Below are positions 11,044 through 21,204 of a stretch of DNA of 64,000 nucleotides, in pieces. The notes below the pieces were generated by a model. It ran no database searches. It saw only the letters and a program-made list of their open reading frames with translations, and was not told the DNA's origin. A program made the position numbers and the translations under genes. Positions within the stretch are counted from its first letter, which is position 1. Each line of letters begins with the position of its first letter. Source of the stretch: an uncultured Rickettsiales bacterium. GTDB lineage: Bacteria > Pseudomonadota > Alphaproteobacteria > Rickettsiales > UBA1997. The DNA is taken from NCBI GenBank assembly GCA_934747265.1, contig CAKVGI010000006.1, forward strand, positions 10,606 through 74,605. Direction: 5' to 3'.

Positions 11044-12771
11044 ATGAAAACTTTTTATATTACAACTCCAATTTATTATGTAAATTCCGATCCACATGTT
11101 GGTAGTGCTTATACAACACTTCATGCTGATTTTTTGTCTAAATTTTATAAATTAAATGGTTATGATGCTAAATTTTTAACAGGAACCGATGAGCATGGTC
11201 AAAAAATTCAACAATCAGCAGAAAAAAATAATGAAGATCCACAACAGTTTGTTGACAGAATTTCGTCAAAATTCAGAGATTTAATTAATATAATGGATTT
11301 TAAACCAGATTACTTTGAGGCGTTAAATGATAATTTTATAAGAACAACAATGCCATATCATAAAAAATTTATTCAGAATGTATGGCGAAAAATGGTACAA
11401 AATGGATGGATTTACAAAGGTAAATATTCTGGATGGTATTGTGTTAGTGATGAAGCTTATTATAGTGAAGATGAATTGATAAAAGATGAAAACGGAAAAA
11501 TGAGAACCGAACTCGGTAAAGAAGCCGAATGGAAAGAGGAAGAAAGCTATTTTTTTAGATTAAGTGAATTTCAAGATATACTTTTAAAAGTTTATAAAAA
11601 GTATCCAAATCTTATACGGCCATATGGCAAAAAAACTGAGGTAATTTCATTTGTAAGTGGATTAACAATTAAAGATTACGAAAGTGGCAAAATGCCAAAA
11701 AAAGATTATTTAAGAGATTTATCAGTTTCAAGAAACACTTTTGAATGGGGAATAAAAATTGCTTGCGATGAAGATAAAAATAACCTTTTAGACGAGAATG
11801 ATCAATGGAAAACAAATATTACACAAAAAGAAAAACATATAATTTATGTATGGTTTGATGCTTTATTTAACTATATTTCAGCCTTAGGTTGTCCATCTAG
11901 TGAAGATTATAAAAAATATTGGATTGATGCAACTAAAAAAATTCATTTAGTTGGAAAAGATATTTTAAGACCTCATGCTGTTTATTGGCCAGCTTTTCTG
12001 ATTGCCTTTAATTATACAAGAGAAGAAGTAAAAAATATGGCAGAACTACCAGAAAATATTGCAAAAATATTACCAACGAATATTTTTGCACATGGTTGGC
12101 TGACAAATGAAGGACTTAAAATCTCTAAATCTTTGGGTAATGCAATTATTCCATTAAACGAATTAAATTGGTTAAGTGAGACGTATAAAATAAATTACGA
12201 GACGGCAAGAGATTATTTTAAATATTATTTAATTACATTTATTACTTTTGGTAATGATGGTGATTATTCAAGAGGTAAATTGATAGAAAAAATCAATTCC
12301 GACTTAGCAAATAAAGTTGGAAATCTCGCGAAAAGAACGCTTGATATGATTTATAAAAATTGTAATTGCGAAATACCAAAAGTTGAAAACTTTGATATAA
12401 TTTCCAAAAAAATATCAAGTGCTGATTATGAAAAATATATTAACGATTTTGATTTTAATAAATATGTTTCTTCTGTCATAGAACTTGCTGAGGATGCAAA
12501 TAAATATATGGATGAAAAAGCTCCTTGGACATTAAAAAAAGAAGAAAAATTCACTGAAATGAATGAGGCTTTATACTCCATTATTAATACGGTAAAAAAT
12601 ATTGCTATTTTATTACAACCAGTTTGCCCATATTTATCAAAGAAAATATTAAAGGAAATTGGTATTGATTTTGAGGAAACTGTTCCTTTTAGTGAATTAG
12701 ATAAAAATATAGAATTTGGTTTAAAAATACAGCAACCAAGCATTATTATTCCAAGATTACAGGCAAAATAA
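11044..12771 (+). CDS. metG: methionine--tRNA ligase
   Basis: TTPIYYVNSDPHVGSAYT (HIGH-type) and KISKSLGN (KMSKS). The start is placed at ATG 11044; the track ORF begins at an upstream TTG. Confidence 0.9.
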   Translation: MKTFYITTPIYYVNSDPHVGSAYTTLHADFLSKFYKLNGYDAKFLTGTDEHGQKIQQSAEKNNEDPQQFVDRISSKFRDLINIMDFKPDYFEALNDNFIRTTMPYHKKFIQNVWRKMVQNGWIYKGKYSGWYCVSDEAYYSEDELIKDENGKMRTELGKEAEWKEEESYFFRLSEFQDILLKVYKKYPNLIRPYGKKTEVISFVSGLTIKDYESGKMPKKDYLRDLSVSRNTFEWGIKIACDEDKNNLLDENDQWKTNITQKEKHIIYVWFDALFNYISALGCPSSEDYKKYWIDATKKIHLVGKDILRPHAVYWPAFLIAFNYTREEVKNMAELPENIAKILPTNIFAHGWLTNEGLKISKSLGNAIIPLNELNWLSETYKINYETARDYFKYYLITFITFGNDGDYSRGKLIEKINSDLANKVGNLAKRTLDMIYKNCNCEIPKVENFDIISKKISSADYEKYINDFDFNKYVSSVIELAEDANKYMDEKAPWTLKKEEKFTEMNEALYSIINTVKNIAILLQPVCPYLSKKILKEIGIDFEETVPFSELDKNIEFGLKIQQPSIIIPRLQAK

Positions 12772-12773
12772 TT

Positions 12774-13844
12774 ATGAAAGTATTAGGGATAGAAAGTAGT
12801 TGTGATGAGACGGCGGTTGCAATAGTTGATGAGAATAAAAATATTCTATCAAATGTGGTTGTGTCTCAAATTGATATACATAAAGAATTTGGTGGAGTTG
12901 TTCCAGAAGTTGCTTCTAGAAATCACTTGGATGTTATAGAAAAGACTGTTTTAAAAGCATTACAAGATGCAAACAGTAATTTTAATGATATAGATGCGAT
13001 TTCAGCAACTTGCGGTCCAGGCTTAATGGGGGGGTTAATAGTCGGCGCATTAACAGCGCAAACTTTATCAAGTGTATTAAATAAACCATTTGTACCAGTA
13101 AATCATTTAGAAGGTCATATTTTAACATCAAGACTAACACACGACTTAGATTTTCCTTTTCTTATATTTTTAATATCAGGAGGACATTCTCAAATATTAC
13201 TTGCAAAGGATGTCGGAGAATATGAAAAAATTGGTGATACAATAGATGATAGTTTAGGCGAATGTTTTGACAAAGTGGCACAGATGCTTGGATTAGAATA
13301 TCCAGGTGGGCCAAAAATAGAACAATTAGCAAAAGAAGGTGATGAGACAAGATTTAAGTTTGTAAAACCGTTAATTGATGCCGTTGGAAAAGGAAGAAGT
13401 AAAGAGAATAACTTAAACTTTTCTTTTTCTGGGCTAAAAACCGCTGTAAGACGAGAAATAGAAAAATTAACATCCGAACCTTATGATTATAGAAATACTT
13501 ATAAAAAACTAACAAAAAAAGAAAAAATGGATATTTCTGCAAGTTTTCAAAAAACAATAGTTGATATTTTGAAAGATAGATTCAAAAATACTGTAGAATA
13601 TTTAGAAAATAAAAATATAAGGTTAAATAAATTAATATTTGCTGGCGGAGTTTCTGCAAACCAGTATATTAAAAATAATATGATAGATTTTTGTAAAAAT
13701 TATGAATATAAAATAATAACACCACCTCTAAAATTATGCACGGATAATGGCGCAATGATAGCTTGGGCTGGACTTGAAAAATACAGAATAAACAAATATG
13801 ATAATAGTAAGATTTTATCAATTAAATCAAGATGGGAATTATAG
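12774..13844 (+). CDS. tsaD: tRNA N6-adenosine threonylcarbamoyltransferase TsaD
   Basis: GIESSCDETAVAIV, HLEGH and CTDNGAMIAW motifs. Confidence 0.95.
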   Translation: MKVLGIESSCDETAVAIVDENKNILSNVVVSQIDIHKEFGGVVPEVASRNHLDVIEKTVLKALQDANSNFNDIDAISATCGPGLMGGLIVGALTAQTLSSVLNKPFVPVNHLEGHILTSRLTHDLDFPFLIFLISGGHSQILLAKDVGEYEKIGDTIDDSLGECFDKVAQMLGLEYPGGPKIEQLAKEGDETRFKFVKPLIDAVGKGRSKENNLNFSFSGLKTAVRREIEKLTSEPYDYRNTYKKLTKKEKMDISASFQKTIVDILKDRFKNTVEYLENKNIRLNKLIFAGGVSANQYIKNNMIDFCKNYEYKIITPPLKLCTDNGAMIAWAGLEKYRINKYDNSKILSIKSRWEL

Positions 13845-13855
13845 AAAATATACAT

Positions 13856-14473
13856 ATGAAAAAATATGAAGAAATAAAACCTTTATATGATAAGATTTTT
13901 AAAGATATAAACGGTTATGGTATTAGTCTATTAGAAAGAGAAAATAAAAAAGATAATAAAATTTTTAGAGATATTTTGTATGGTGAAGTATCCTTGGAAC
14001 TCCTTTATGCTCTATATGTTTTACCTCCACTGAGTGATTATATCTCAGCAAAAAAAATATTTTACGATTTAGGTTCAGGTATTGGAAATGCTGTTATTAG
14101 TAGCTATTTAACTGGAAATTTTGATAAATGTGTTGGCGTTGAATTATTGGATAGTTTATACGAAACATCAATAGTAGCAAAAAACAGATTATGCAATATA
14201 GATAAACAAGCAGAAAATAAAGTTAATTTTATCCATGATAATATTTTAAATATTGATTTTAGCGATGCGGATCTAATATTATTTTGCTGTCCAACAAAAA
14301 ATGAAGAAATTAGGAGACAAATTGAACATAAATTTGATAATTTAAAGAAAGATACAATTATTTTATCATTGATACATAAATTTGATAATTCTGATAGTTT
14401 TGAATTATTAAATGCAAAACTGGTAAAAGTGGCTTGGGGAGAAACTCCGCTATTTATATATATAAAAAAGTGA
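13856..14473 (+). CDS. class I SAM-dependent methyltransferase-like protein
   Basis: Motif I-like FYDLGSGIGNAV followed by VGVELL. Start chosen at MKKYEE (13856). Specificity unknown. Confidence 0.5.
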   Translation: MKKYEEIKPLYDKIFKDINGYGISLLERENKKDNKIFRDILYGEVSLELLYALYVLPPLSDYISAKKIFYDLGSGIGNAVISSYLTGNFDKCVGVELLDSLYETSIVAKNRLCNIDKQAENKVNFIHDNILNIDFSDADLILFCCPTKNEEIRRQIEHKFDNLKKDTIILSLIHKFDNSDSFELLNAKLVKVAWGETPLFIYIKK

Positions 14474-14476
14474 AAT

Positions 14477-15382
14477 ATGCAAAATTTAATTAGTGATTTT
14501 TTATTATATTTAAGCGTAGAAAAAGGAGACTCAAAAAATACAATAATCTCTTATAGAAACGATTTAAGCGATTTTTTATTTTTTGTTGAAAATAAGCTAA
14601 AAATTGAACCAACGCTAGAAAATCTAGCTAAATTAAAACATAGCGATTTTAGATCTTGGTTAAGTTATAAAAAAGCAAAAAATTACGAAAATTCCTCAAT
14701 GTCAAGAGAATTATCGGCCGTAAAAAGCTTTTATAAATATTTATCTAAGGTAAAAAAGAAAAACAATACAATTATTGGTATTATGAAAAATCCAAAGGTA
14801 AAAAAATCAATTCCTCGCGCAATAGATAAAGTGAATATAGATAAAATAATGGATTGTATTTATGATATGCATAAAGATAATTGGCAAGCCGAAAGAGACA
14901 TAGCGATTTGTACCTTAATATACGGGTGTGGTCTTAGAATTTCGGAAGCTTTTAATTTAACTAGAAGGCAATTTTTTCAAAATAAAGATTCCATAACAAT
15001 AATTGGTAAAGGAAATAAAATGAGAAATTTACCATTATTGCCAATTATTATCAATCGTGTAAATATTTACATAAAGGATTGTCCTTATACAATTATGCCA
15101 GATGACTATTTATTTAAATCTGCAAGAGGATTGAAATATTCAACTACATTATTTCAAAAATTAATACAAAATATAAGAACAATGCTTGATTTATCTAACG
15201 AAATTACACCACATGCTTTAAGGCATTCATTTGCAACACATCTCTTAGAAAACGGTGCTGATTTAAGAAGTATACAAGAATTATTAGGACATAAAAGTCT
15301 ATCAACAACGCAAATATACACAAAAATTGATAAGAATAGATTGTTAAAAGATTACAACAAATTCCATCCAAGAAATAATTGA
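14477..15382 (+). CDS. tyrosine recombinase XerC/XerD family
   Basis: GLRISEAFNL and HALRHSFATHLLENGADLRSIQELLGHKSLSTTQIYT (R..HxxR..Y catalytic signature). Confidence 0.9.
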   Translation: MQNLISDFLLYLSVEKGDSKNTIISYRNDLSDFLFFVENKLKIEPTLENLAKLKHSDFRSWLSYKKAKNYENSSMSRELSAVKSFYKYLSKVKKKNNTIIGIMKNPKVKKSIPRAIDKVNIDKIMDCIYDMHKDNWQAERDIAICTLIYGCGLRISEAFNLTRRQFFQNKDSITIIGKGNKMRNLPLLPIIINRVNIYIKDCPYTIMPDDYLFKSARGLKYSTTLFQKLIQNIRTMLDLSNEITPHALRHSFATHLLENGADLRSIQELLGHKSLSTTQIYTKIDKNRLLKDYNKFHPRNN

Positions 15383-15415
15383 TAATTTTAAAAAAATTAT
15401 ACCTTATATCTTTAA

Positions 15416-17104
15416 TTAATATGATGATGTCAGCATTTTTTCTGCAACTTTTAGGGCATCATCAGTAATTATCTCACCAGAAAACATTCTTGCGATTTCA
15501 TTAATTCTGTTTTTATCAGTCAATACTTCAACTAATGTATTTGTTTTACTGTCTTTTTGCTCTTTTCTTACTTTTAAATGATAATTACCTTTCGATGCAA
15601 CTTGTGCATGATGAGTCACAACTAAAACCTGTAATGATTGTCCAAGCTTCTTTAATCTTTCACCAACAGCTTCCGCAACAGCGCCGCTTATTCCAGTATC
15701 TATTTCATCAAAAATCATTGTTGGAACTGAATTGACTTTCGATAAAACAACTTTTAAAGCAAGCATAAATCTTGACAATTCACCGCCAGAAGCTATTTTT
15801 GACAATTCATTCATAGGCATTCCGGGGTTTGTAGTTGCAATAAATCTCACTCCATCAATTCCATATTTATTCCAATTATTTTCATCTAATTCTTTAAATT
15901 CAACATCAAAAACGGTTTTTTCCATTTTTAAAGGAATTAATTCATTAATCAATTCTTTTGATAACTTTTTAGCCGTCTCTTTTCTTAATTCACTTAGTTC
16001 TTTTGCTTTTGATAAAAAATTATTTTTTAATTCTCTGACTTCTTTTTCTAAATCTCCAATAATAACCTCTTGATTCTCCAAATTAGATAATTTCTCGTCT
16101 AGTTCAACTTTTAAATCCAATATTAGATCTGGTTGAATATTTAATTTTCTAGCTAAACCTCTTATAGCAAATAATCTTTCCTCAACAGATTCAAGCGTAT
16201 TATTATCAAACCCAAGATTATTATAAATTTCATCAATTTTTGATAATGCTTCATTAATATTAATACTTGCTTGTTCTAGATTTTCTATAATATCCTCAAA
16301 AGCATTTTTTCCATTTTCAAGCAAATTTTCACCAAGTGCTACGCCTCTTGATATTGTGTGTTGAGCGGATGAAATTCCTTTTTCTATATTATATTGCCCA
16401 TCAAGGCTTTCTTTAATATCATTTAATAAATTAAGAACTTTTTCCTTGTTCATCATTAATATTCTTTTTTCTGTCAGTTCTTGTTCTTCATTTGCATGCA
16501 AATTTAAAGATTCAATTTCGTTTATTATATGCTTTAAATAATCTTGTTCTTTTTCTATATTGTCTTTTTGTTCTAATAAATCTTTCAATTTATTTTCAGA
16601 CGTCTTCATTTTCTCAAAAATCTCAGAAACGACACTTCTTTTTTGTATTAAATTGCCAAAATTATCAAGTATTTCTCTATGATTTGAAGAATTTAATAAG
16701 CCTATCTGTTCATTTTGTCCATGTATTTCAATCAATGTTTCACCAAAATGTTGTAAAAAATTCTGTGTTACTTGAACATCGTCAATAAAAGCTTTGCTCC
16801 TTCCATCACTATACAAAATCCTTCTAATTATTATCTCATCATCAAATTCAATATCCATTTCTTTTAATAAATTTTTGCAAGCTTTGTTATTTTTTATATT
16901 AAATGTAGCTACAACAGAGCCAGAGTTTTCGCCATTTCTTAATAATCTACTATTTGACCTATAACCAATAGCTAAACCGAGAGCATCCAATAAAATTGAT
17001 TTTCCAGAACCAGTTTCACCAGTTAAAACACACAACCCATTACTTAATTGAACATTAAGTTTATCTATTAAAACAATGTTATTTATACTTAAATTTTCTA
17101 ACAA
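15416..17104 (-). CDS. recN: DNA repair protein RecN
   Basis: Walker A LTGETGSGKSILLDAL, a long coiled coil, the SGGELSRFMLALK signature and Walker B MIFDEIDTG. Confidence 0.9.
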   Translation of the reverse strand: MLENLSINNIVLIDKLNVQLSNGLCVLTGETGSGKSILLDALGLAIGYRSNSRLLRNGENSGSVVATFNIKNNKACKNLLKEMDIEFDDEIIIRRILYSDGRSKAFIDDVQVTQNFLQHFGETLIEIHGQNEQIGLLNSSNHREILDNFGNLIQKRSVVSEIFEKMKTSENKLKDLLEQKDNIEKEQDYLKHIINEIESLNLHANEEQELTEKRILMMNKEKVLNLLNDIKESLDGQYNIEKGISSAQHTISRGVALGENLLENGKNAFEDIIENLEQASININEALSKIDEIYNNLGFDNNTLESVEERLFAIRGLARKLNIQPDLILDLKVELDEKLSNLENQEVIIGDLEKEVRELKNNFLSKAKELSELRKETAKKLSKELINELIPLKMEKTVFDVEFKELDENNWNKYGIDGVRFIATTNPGMPMNELSKIASGGELSRFMLALKVVLSKVNSVPTMIFDEIDTGISGAVAEAVGERLKKLGQSLQVLVVTHHAQVASKGNYHLKVRKEQKDSKTNTLVEVLTDKNRINEIARMFSGEIITDDALKVAEKMLTSSY

Positions 17105-17224
17105 AATAATAAAAATTAATGAACTAACTAATAAAATATAATTTAATTTTATTTTTACAATATTTTCTTTGATTTTTTAATAAATATGTTATATAATTAA
17201 TATAGATTAATAATTGTTTTAGGT

Positions 17225-17872
17225 ATGGAAGAAAATAATAAAAAAGAAAATAAGTTTAAAACAGCAATGGTTAAATTTGGTAAAGGTTTATCTTGGTCCT
17301 TCGATAAAATAGCAAAAGCAACTAATAAGTTTGCTGAAATGAATGATAATTTTGCAAAAAATAAAAAAGCTGATATTAATGAAGAAATAAATATAAAAGA
17401 AAATATAAAAGAAAAGGAAAAGGCGTTAAAAGAAAGAGAGGAAAAGATTAAAGTTTTAGAAGAAAATAATTCCGATAATCCAAAGGATAAAAAAGATATA
17501 GAAAATGAAAAAATTAAAATAAGTAGTGAAAAAATGGCTACAAATACAGCAATAGTTTTAAATGGTCTTTTATGGGCTGGTTCTACTTTATTAAAACACA
17601 CAAGTAAATTAGTAAGCGCAACATCAGAGCTTGCAAAAAAAGGATTAGAAAAAGGAATAGAAAAAACTGAAAAAAAACAAAGCGAACATCAAAAACCAGA
17701 AAATTTAGAAACATTAAGCGATATATCGACCAATGATGAATCACTAGATAATAAAAAACAAAATAATAAGCAAAAGGCAACATTACATAATTTATCATCA
17801 ATAACAACACCAGATGATACAACGCCTATTGTTGCAAGAAAAACTGAACAAGAACAAACAAATTCCAGATAA
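17225..17872 (+). CDS. hypothetical K/E/N-rich protein
   Basis: 215-aa ORF with no recognisable motif. The antisense ORFs are shadows. Confidence 0.4.
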   Translation: MEENNKKENKFKTAMVKFGKGLSWSFDKIAKATNKFAEMNDNFAKNKKADINEEINIKENIKEKEKALKEREEKIKVLEENNSDNPKDKKDIENEKIKISSEKMATNTAIVLNGLLWAGSTLLKHTSKLVSATSELAKKGLEKGIEKTEKKQSEHQKPENLETLSDISTNDESLDNKKQNNKQKATLHNLSSITTPDDTTPIVARKTEQEQTNSR

Positions 17873-18058
17873 ATATATTGTTTATTAGCTTATATATTTG
17901 TATTTATTTTATATTATATTTGTTTATTGGATTTGTCAATTTAATTTCCAGTCAGTTATATATTTTTTTTACACTTTCCAATAACAGAAGATTGTAAGAG
18001 TTTACAGGAATGATAAAAAGAAATGTTCTTTAAAAAACAGTAATACTCAAAATAACTC

Positions 18059-18087
18059 TTGACAGATTAAAAAACATTTATTACTAT
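18059..18087 (+). promoter_or_regulatory. sigma70-like promoter
   Basis: TTGACA, a 17-nt spacer, then TACTAT, about 45 nt upstream of ATG 18131. Confidence 0.45.
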
Positions 18088-18130
18088 ACTTTTGGTGGTA
18101 TTTATTATAAATAATATAATGGTAGTTGTT

Positions 18131-18322
18131 ATGTCAAAAAATACAATATATGCTATTGCTATGATTTTACTCATTATTGGTGGTTTAAATTGGGGACTTA
18201 TTGGTTTATTGAATTTCAACTTAGTATCATTCTGTTTTGGTGCTACAATATTTTCAAAAATTATTTATATTTTAGTTGGCGCTTCCGCTATTTTGGTTGC
18301 TATAACAAAATTTAAAAAATAG
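18131..18322 (+). CDS. DUF378 family small membrane protein
   Basis: IAMILLIIGGLNWGLIGLLNFNLV...IIYILVGASAI matches the DUF378 pattern. Start placed at MSKN. Confidence 0.75.
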   Translation: MSKNTIYAIAMILLIIGGLNWGLIGLLNFNLVSFCFGATIFSKIIYILVGASAILVAITKFKK

Positions 18323-18409
18323 TATAAATATTAATTTTATTGTTTATTTGCTTGATTTTTTATTTTTAAATTCAATAATGATATTGTTTTATTAATAAAA
18401 AATTTTGCA

Positions 18410-19909
18410 ATGGAAAATATAGTTGATTATACAAAAGTTTCTAGCACGGCAGACGAACAAAAACTTAATAAATTAAAAGCATTAATGGATGCTGGTATTG
18501 AGCCATATCCACATAATTATAAGAAAGATATAAATTCAAAAAAACTAAAAGAAACTTATGATTATTTGCAAGCTGGCGAAAAGTTAGAAGATAAAGTATA
18601 TAAAATAGCTGGCAGATTAATGCTTAGAAGAGATATGGGTAAAGCCATGTTTCTCGATGTTTATGATGAAGATGGAAAAATACAAATTTATTTATCCAAA
18701 CCAGAATTAAGTGAAACTGATCAAAAATTATTACCATTGCTTGATATTGGTGATTTTATAGGTATTGAAGGATATGTTTTTAGAACTCATAAAGGCGAAT
18801 TAAGTCTACATTGCAAAAGCGTAAAATTATTATCAAAATCAATAGCAAATTTACCAGAAAAATTTCATGGATTGACTGATACAGAGTTAAAATATAGGCA
18901 AAGATTCATTGATTTGGCTATGGATTTAGAAACTCGGGAAAATTTTAAAAAGAGAAGTTTAATTATTTCAACTATTAGGCAATTTTTGGATGAAAAAGGA
19001 TTTTTAGAAGTTGAAACGCCTATTCTACAACCAATTTATGGTGGCGCAAGCGCTGAACCATTTACAACTCATCATAATGCATTAGATATGACATTATATT
19101 TAAGAATAAGTGTTGAAACGTATTTAAAAAGACTTATTGTTGGCGGTTATGAAAAAGTTTATGAAATTGGCAGAAATTTCAGAAATGAAGGTATAGATAC
19201 AACTCACAATCCAGAGTTTACAATGATTGAGTGGTATGAAGCTTACAGCGATTACAATGATCAGATGAAAAATATAGAAGAACTACTTGAAACAATTGTA
19301 AAGAAAGTAAATAATGGATCAACAGTAATTAAATACAAAGATATGGAGGTTGATTTTAAGGCTCCATTTAAAAGATTAAGCGTTTATGACGGTTTGAGAG
19401 AGTATGCAAAAATAGATCCAGAAATAATAACCAAAAACGATTTAATTAAAGAAATACGAAAATATGGAGAAGAAATAGAAGAAAAGAAAAGCAAGGGTGA
19501 ATTATTACTGCAATTATTTGAAATAACATGCGAACAGCATTTAATTCAACCAACATTTGTAATAGACTATCCATTAGAATCTTCACCTCTAACAAAAACA
19601 CACAGAAAAAATAGTGAATTGGTAGAAAGATTTGAATTATTTGCTGGATGTGTTGAGCTTGCAAATTCTTATTCTGAATTAAATGATCCAATAGATCAAT
19701 ATAATAGATTAAAAAAACAAGAGGAAAATAGAGGATTTGATGCAGAAGCAATGCCTATGGATGAAAATTTTGTCCATGCATTAGAAATCGGTATGCCACC
19801 ATTGGGAGGCGTTGGAATTGGTATTGATAGATTGGTAATGTTTATGACATCAACACCAAATATTAAAGACGTATTATTTTTCCCAACTTTAAAAAAAATA
19901 AATAAATAA
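18410..19909 (+). CDS. lysS: lysine--tRNA ligase, class II
   Basis: OB-fold N-terminus plus class II motifs FRNEGIDTTHNPEFT, ELANSYSELNDP and GGVGIGIDRL. Confidence 0.95.
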   Translation: MENIVDYTKVSSTADEQKLNKLKALMDAGIEPYPHNYKKDINSKKLKETYDYLQAGEKLEDKVYKIAGRLMLRRDMGKAMFLDVYDEDGKIQIYLSKPELSETDQKLLPLLDIGDFIGIEGYVFRTHKGELSLHCKSVKLLSKSIANLPEKFHGLTDTELKYRQRFIDLAMDLETRENFKKRSLIISTIRQFLDEKGFLEVETPILQPIYGGASAEPFTTHHNALDMTLYLRISVETYLKRLIVGGYEKVYEIGRNFRNEGIDTTHNPEFTMIEWYEAYSDYNDQMKNIEELLETIVKKVNNGSTVIKYKDMEVDFKAPFKRLSVYDGLREYAKIDPEIITKNDLIKEIRKYGEEIEEKKSKGELLLQLFEITCEQHLIQPTFVIDYPLESSPLTKTHRKNSELVERFELFAGCVELANSYSELNDPIDQYNRLKKQEENRGFDAEAMPMDENFVHALEIGMPPLGGVGIGIDRLVMFMTSTPNIKDVLFFPTLKKINK

Positions 19910-20180
19910 TGATTGGGCGTAAAGCCCTTTCATTTTATTCATTAACTATTTTATTTATATTATACAATTTATTTTTATAATGGAAAAATCTAAAAATAGT
20001 ATTTATAATACAAAAAACATTAGTATTAAAATTCTTACTTTATTTTATATATTATATTTATATTAAAGATTACAATGTATTAAATGCCAAAATAACAACA
20101 CAATATTTTCAATAATATAATTTAATGACATAATAAACAGATAGACACCACTCAATAAAAAATAAAGATTTCTAAGACAC

Positions 20181-20256
20181 TGGTGAGTCCGGCGGGAATC
20201 GAACCCGCGACAACATGATTAAAAGTCATGTGCTCTACCTACTGAGCTACGAACTC
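20181..20256 (-). tRNA. tRNA-Lys (anticodon UUU)
   Basis: A 76-nt cloverleaf folded by hand. Acceptor GAGTTCG/CGGACTC, anticodon arm CATGA-CTTTTAA-TCATG, T arm GCGGG-TTCGATT-CCCGC, encoded CCA. Confidence 0.9.
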
Positions 20257-20534
20257 AAAAAGAATATACATCTTCAATCAAACAATACAGATATCAGATT
20301 GCATATTTAAAATGATAAGTACTAATTATTTTAAAGTCAAGATTTTTATTTACAAAAAACAAAAATTTTTATAAATAATACTGCCTATTATATATTTTTC
20401 TAAATTAAATCAAAAAAATATTTATTGTCAAATCTCTTTTATTTTTTCTGTTTGGTTTGTTTTCCCGTTGTCTTTATTGTAAATCCTAATCAACTCTTTT
20501 TAAATAATAATAAAATTAAAAATATATCCTCTTT

Positions 20535-20988
20535 GTTCATTTTAATAAGAGAGAGTTAATGAAGTCATTACTTCTCTCTATCACTCCTTATAGAAGAGTT
20601 GATGCTAAATAACCTCTCTCCTACCACATTGTAAAGAGAAAATCAGTCGTAGAACACCATCTTCTTGCCCCACTTTGTAATGGGTCGGTCGTAGAACATC
20701 TTTTCTTTCGTCCCCCTTTGTAAAGGGGAAGCTGGCGAAGTCAATACCTACCCCGCCCCCTTCGTAAGGTGGGAGTCAGTCGTAGAGCGCTTCTCATCTG
20801 CCCTCCTTTGTAAGGTGGAGCTGATGTAGTCAATGTATCCCCTCCCTGCCCTCCTTCGTAAGGGGGGGCTGATGTAGTCAATGTATCCCCTCCCTGCCCT
20901 CCTTCGTAAGGGGGGAGCTGATGTAGTCAATGTATCCCCTCCCCGCCCCCCTGATAAGGGGGGAGTCAGTCGTAGACTGACAGGGGGG
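20535..20988 (+). repeat. composite element A, long-unit arm
   Basis: About 10 tandem units of 44-49 nt. Near-identical units start at 20820, 20868 and 20917 (GCTGATGTAGTCAATGTATCCCCTCCCTG plus hairpin CCCTCCTTCGTAAGGGGG). Units become AT-rich toward 20535. The arm ends in hairpin AGTCAGTCGTAGACTGAC plus GGGGGGTTGATA. Confidence 0.85.
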
Positions 20989-21204
20989 TTGATAACATTC
21001 ATTTTGTTTTATAATAAAACAAATGAATAATTGAAAATTAAAAATGAAAATTAAAAATGAAAATTGAAAATGAATATAAAGTTTGGAATCTTAAATTAAG
21101 AATTAAGAATTAAGAATAATAAAGTATATTACATATTAAACAATGTTATTTATTTTATTTATAATATAAATAATAATTGTAATTTAATGTAATCAGATAA
21201 TTTA
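20989..21204 (+). repeat. composite element A, AT-rich core
   Basis: AT palindrome CATTTTGTTTTATAATAAAACAAATG, a ~13-nt repeat (GAAAATTAAAAAT)n, a 7-nt repeat (GAATTAA)3, and the conserved end TGTAATTTAATGTAATCAGATAATTTAAA. Confidence 0.8.

Noticed and set aside
14471-15382. UGA-to-Trp recoding, as seen in some very AT-rich endosymbionts.
   Set aside because: Well-supported genes (the methyltransferase-like gene and xer) end at TGA immediately before the next gene, and Trp is encoded by TGG throughout.
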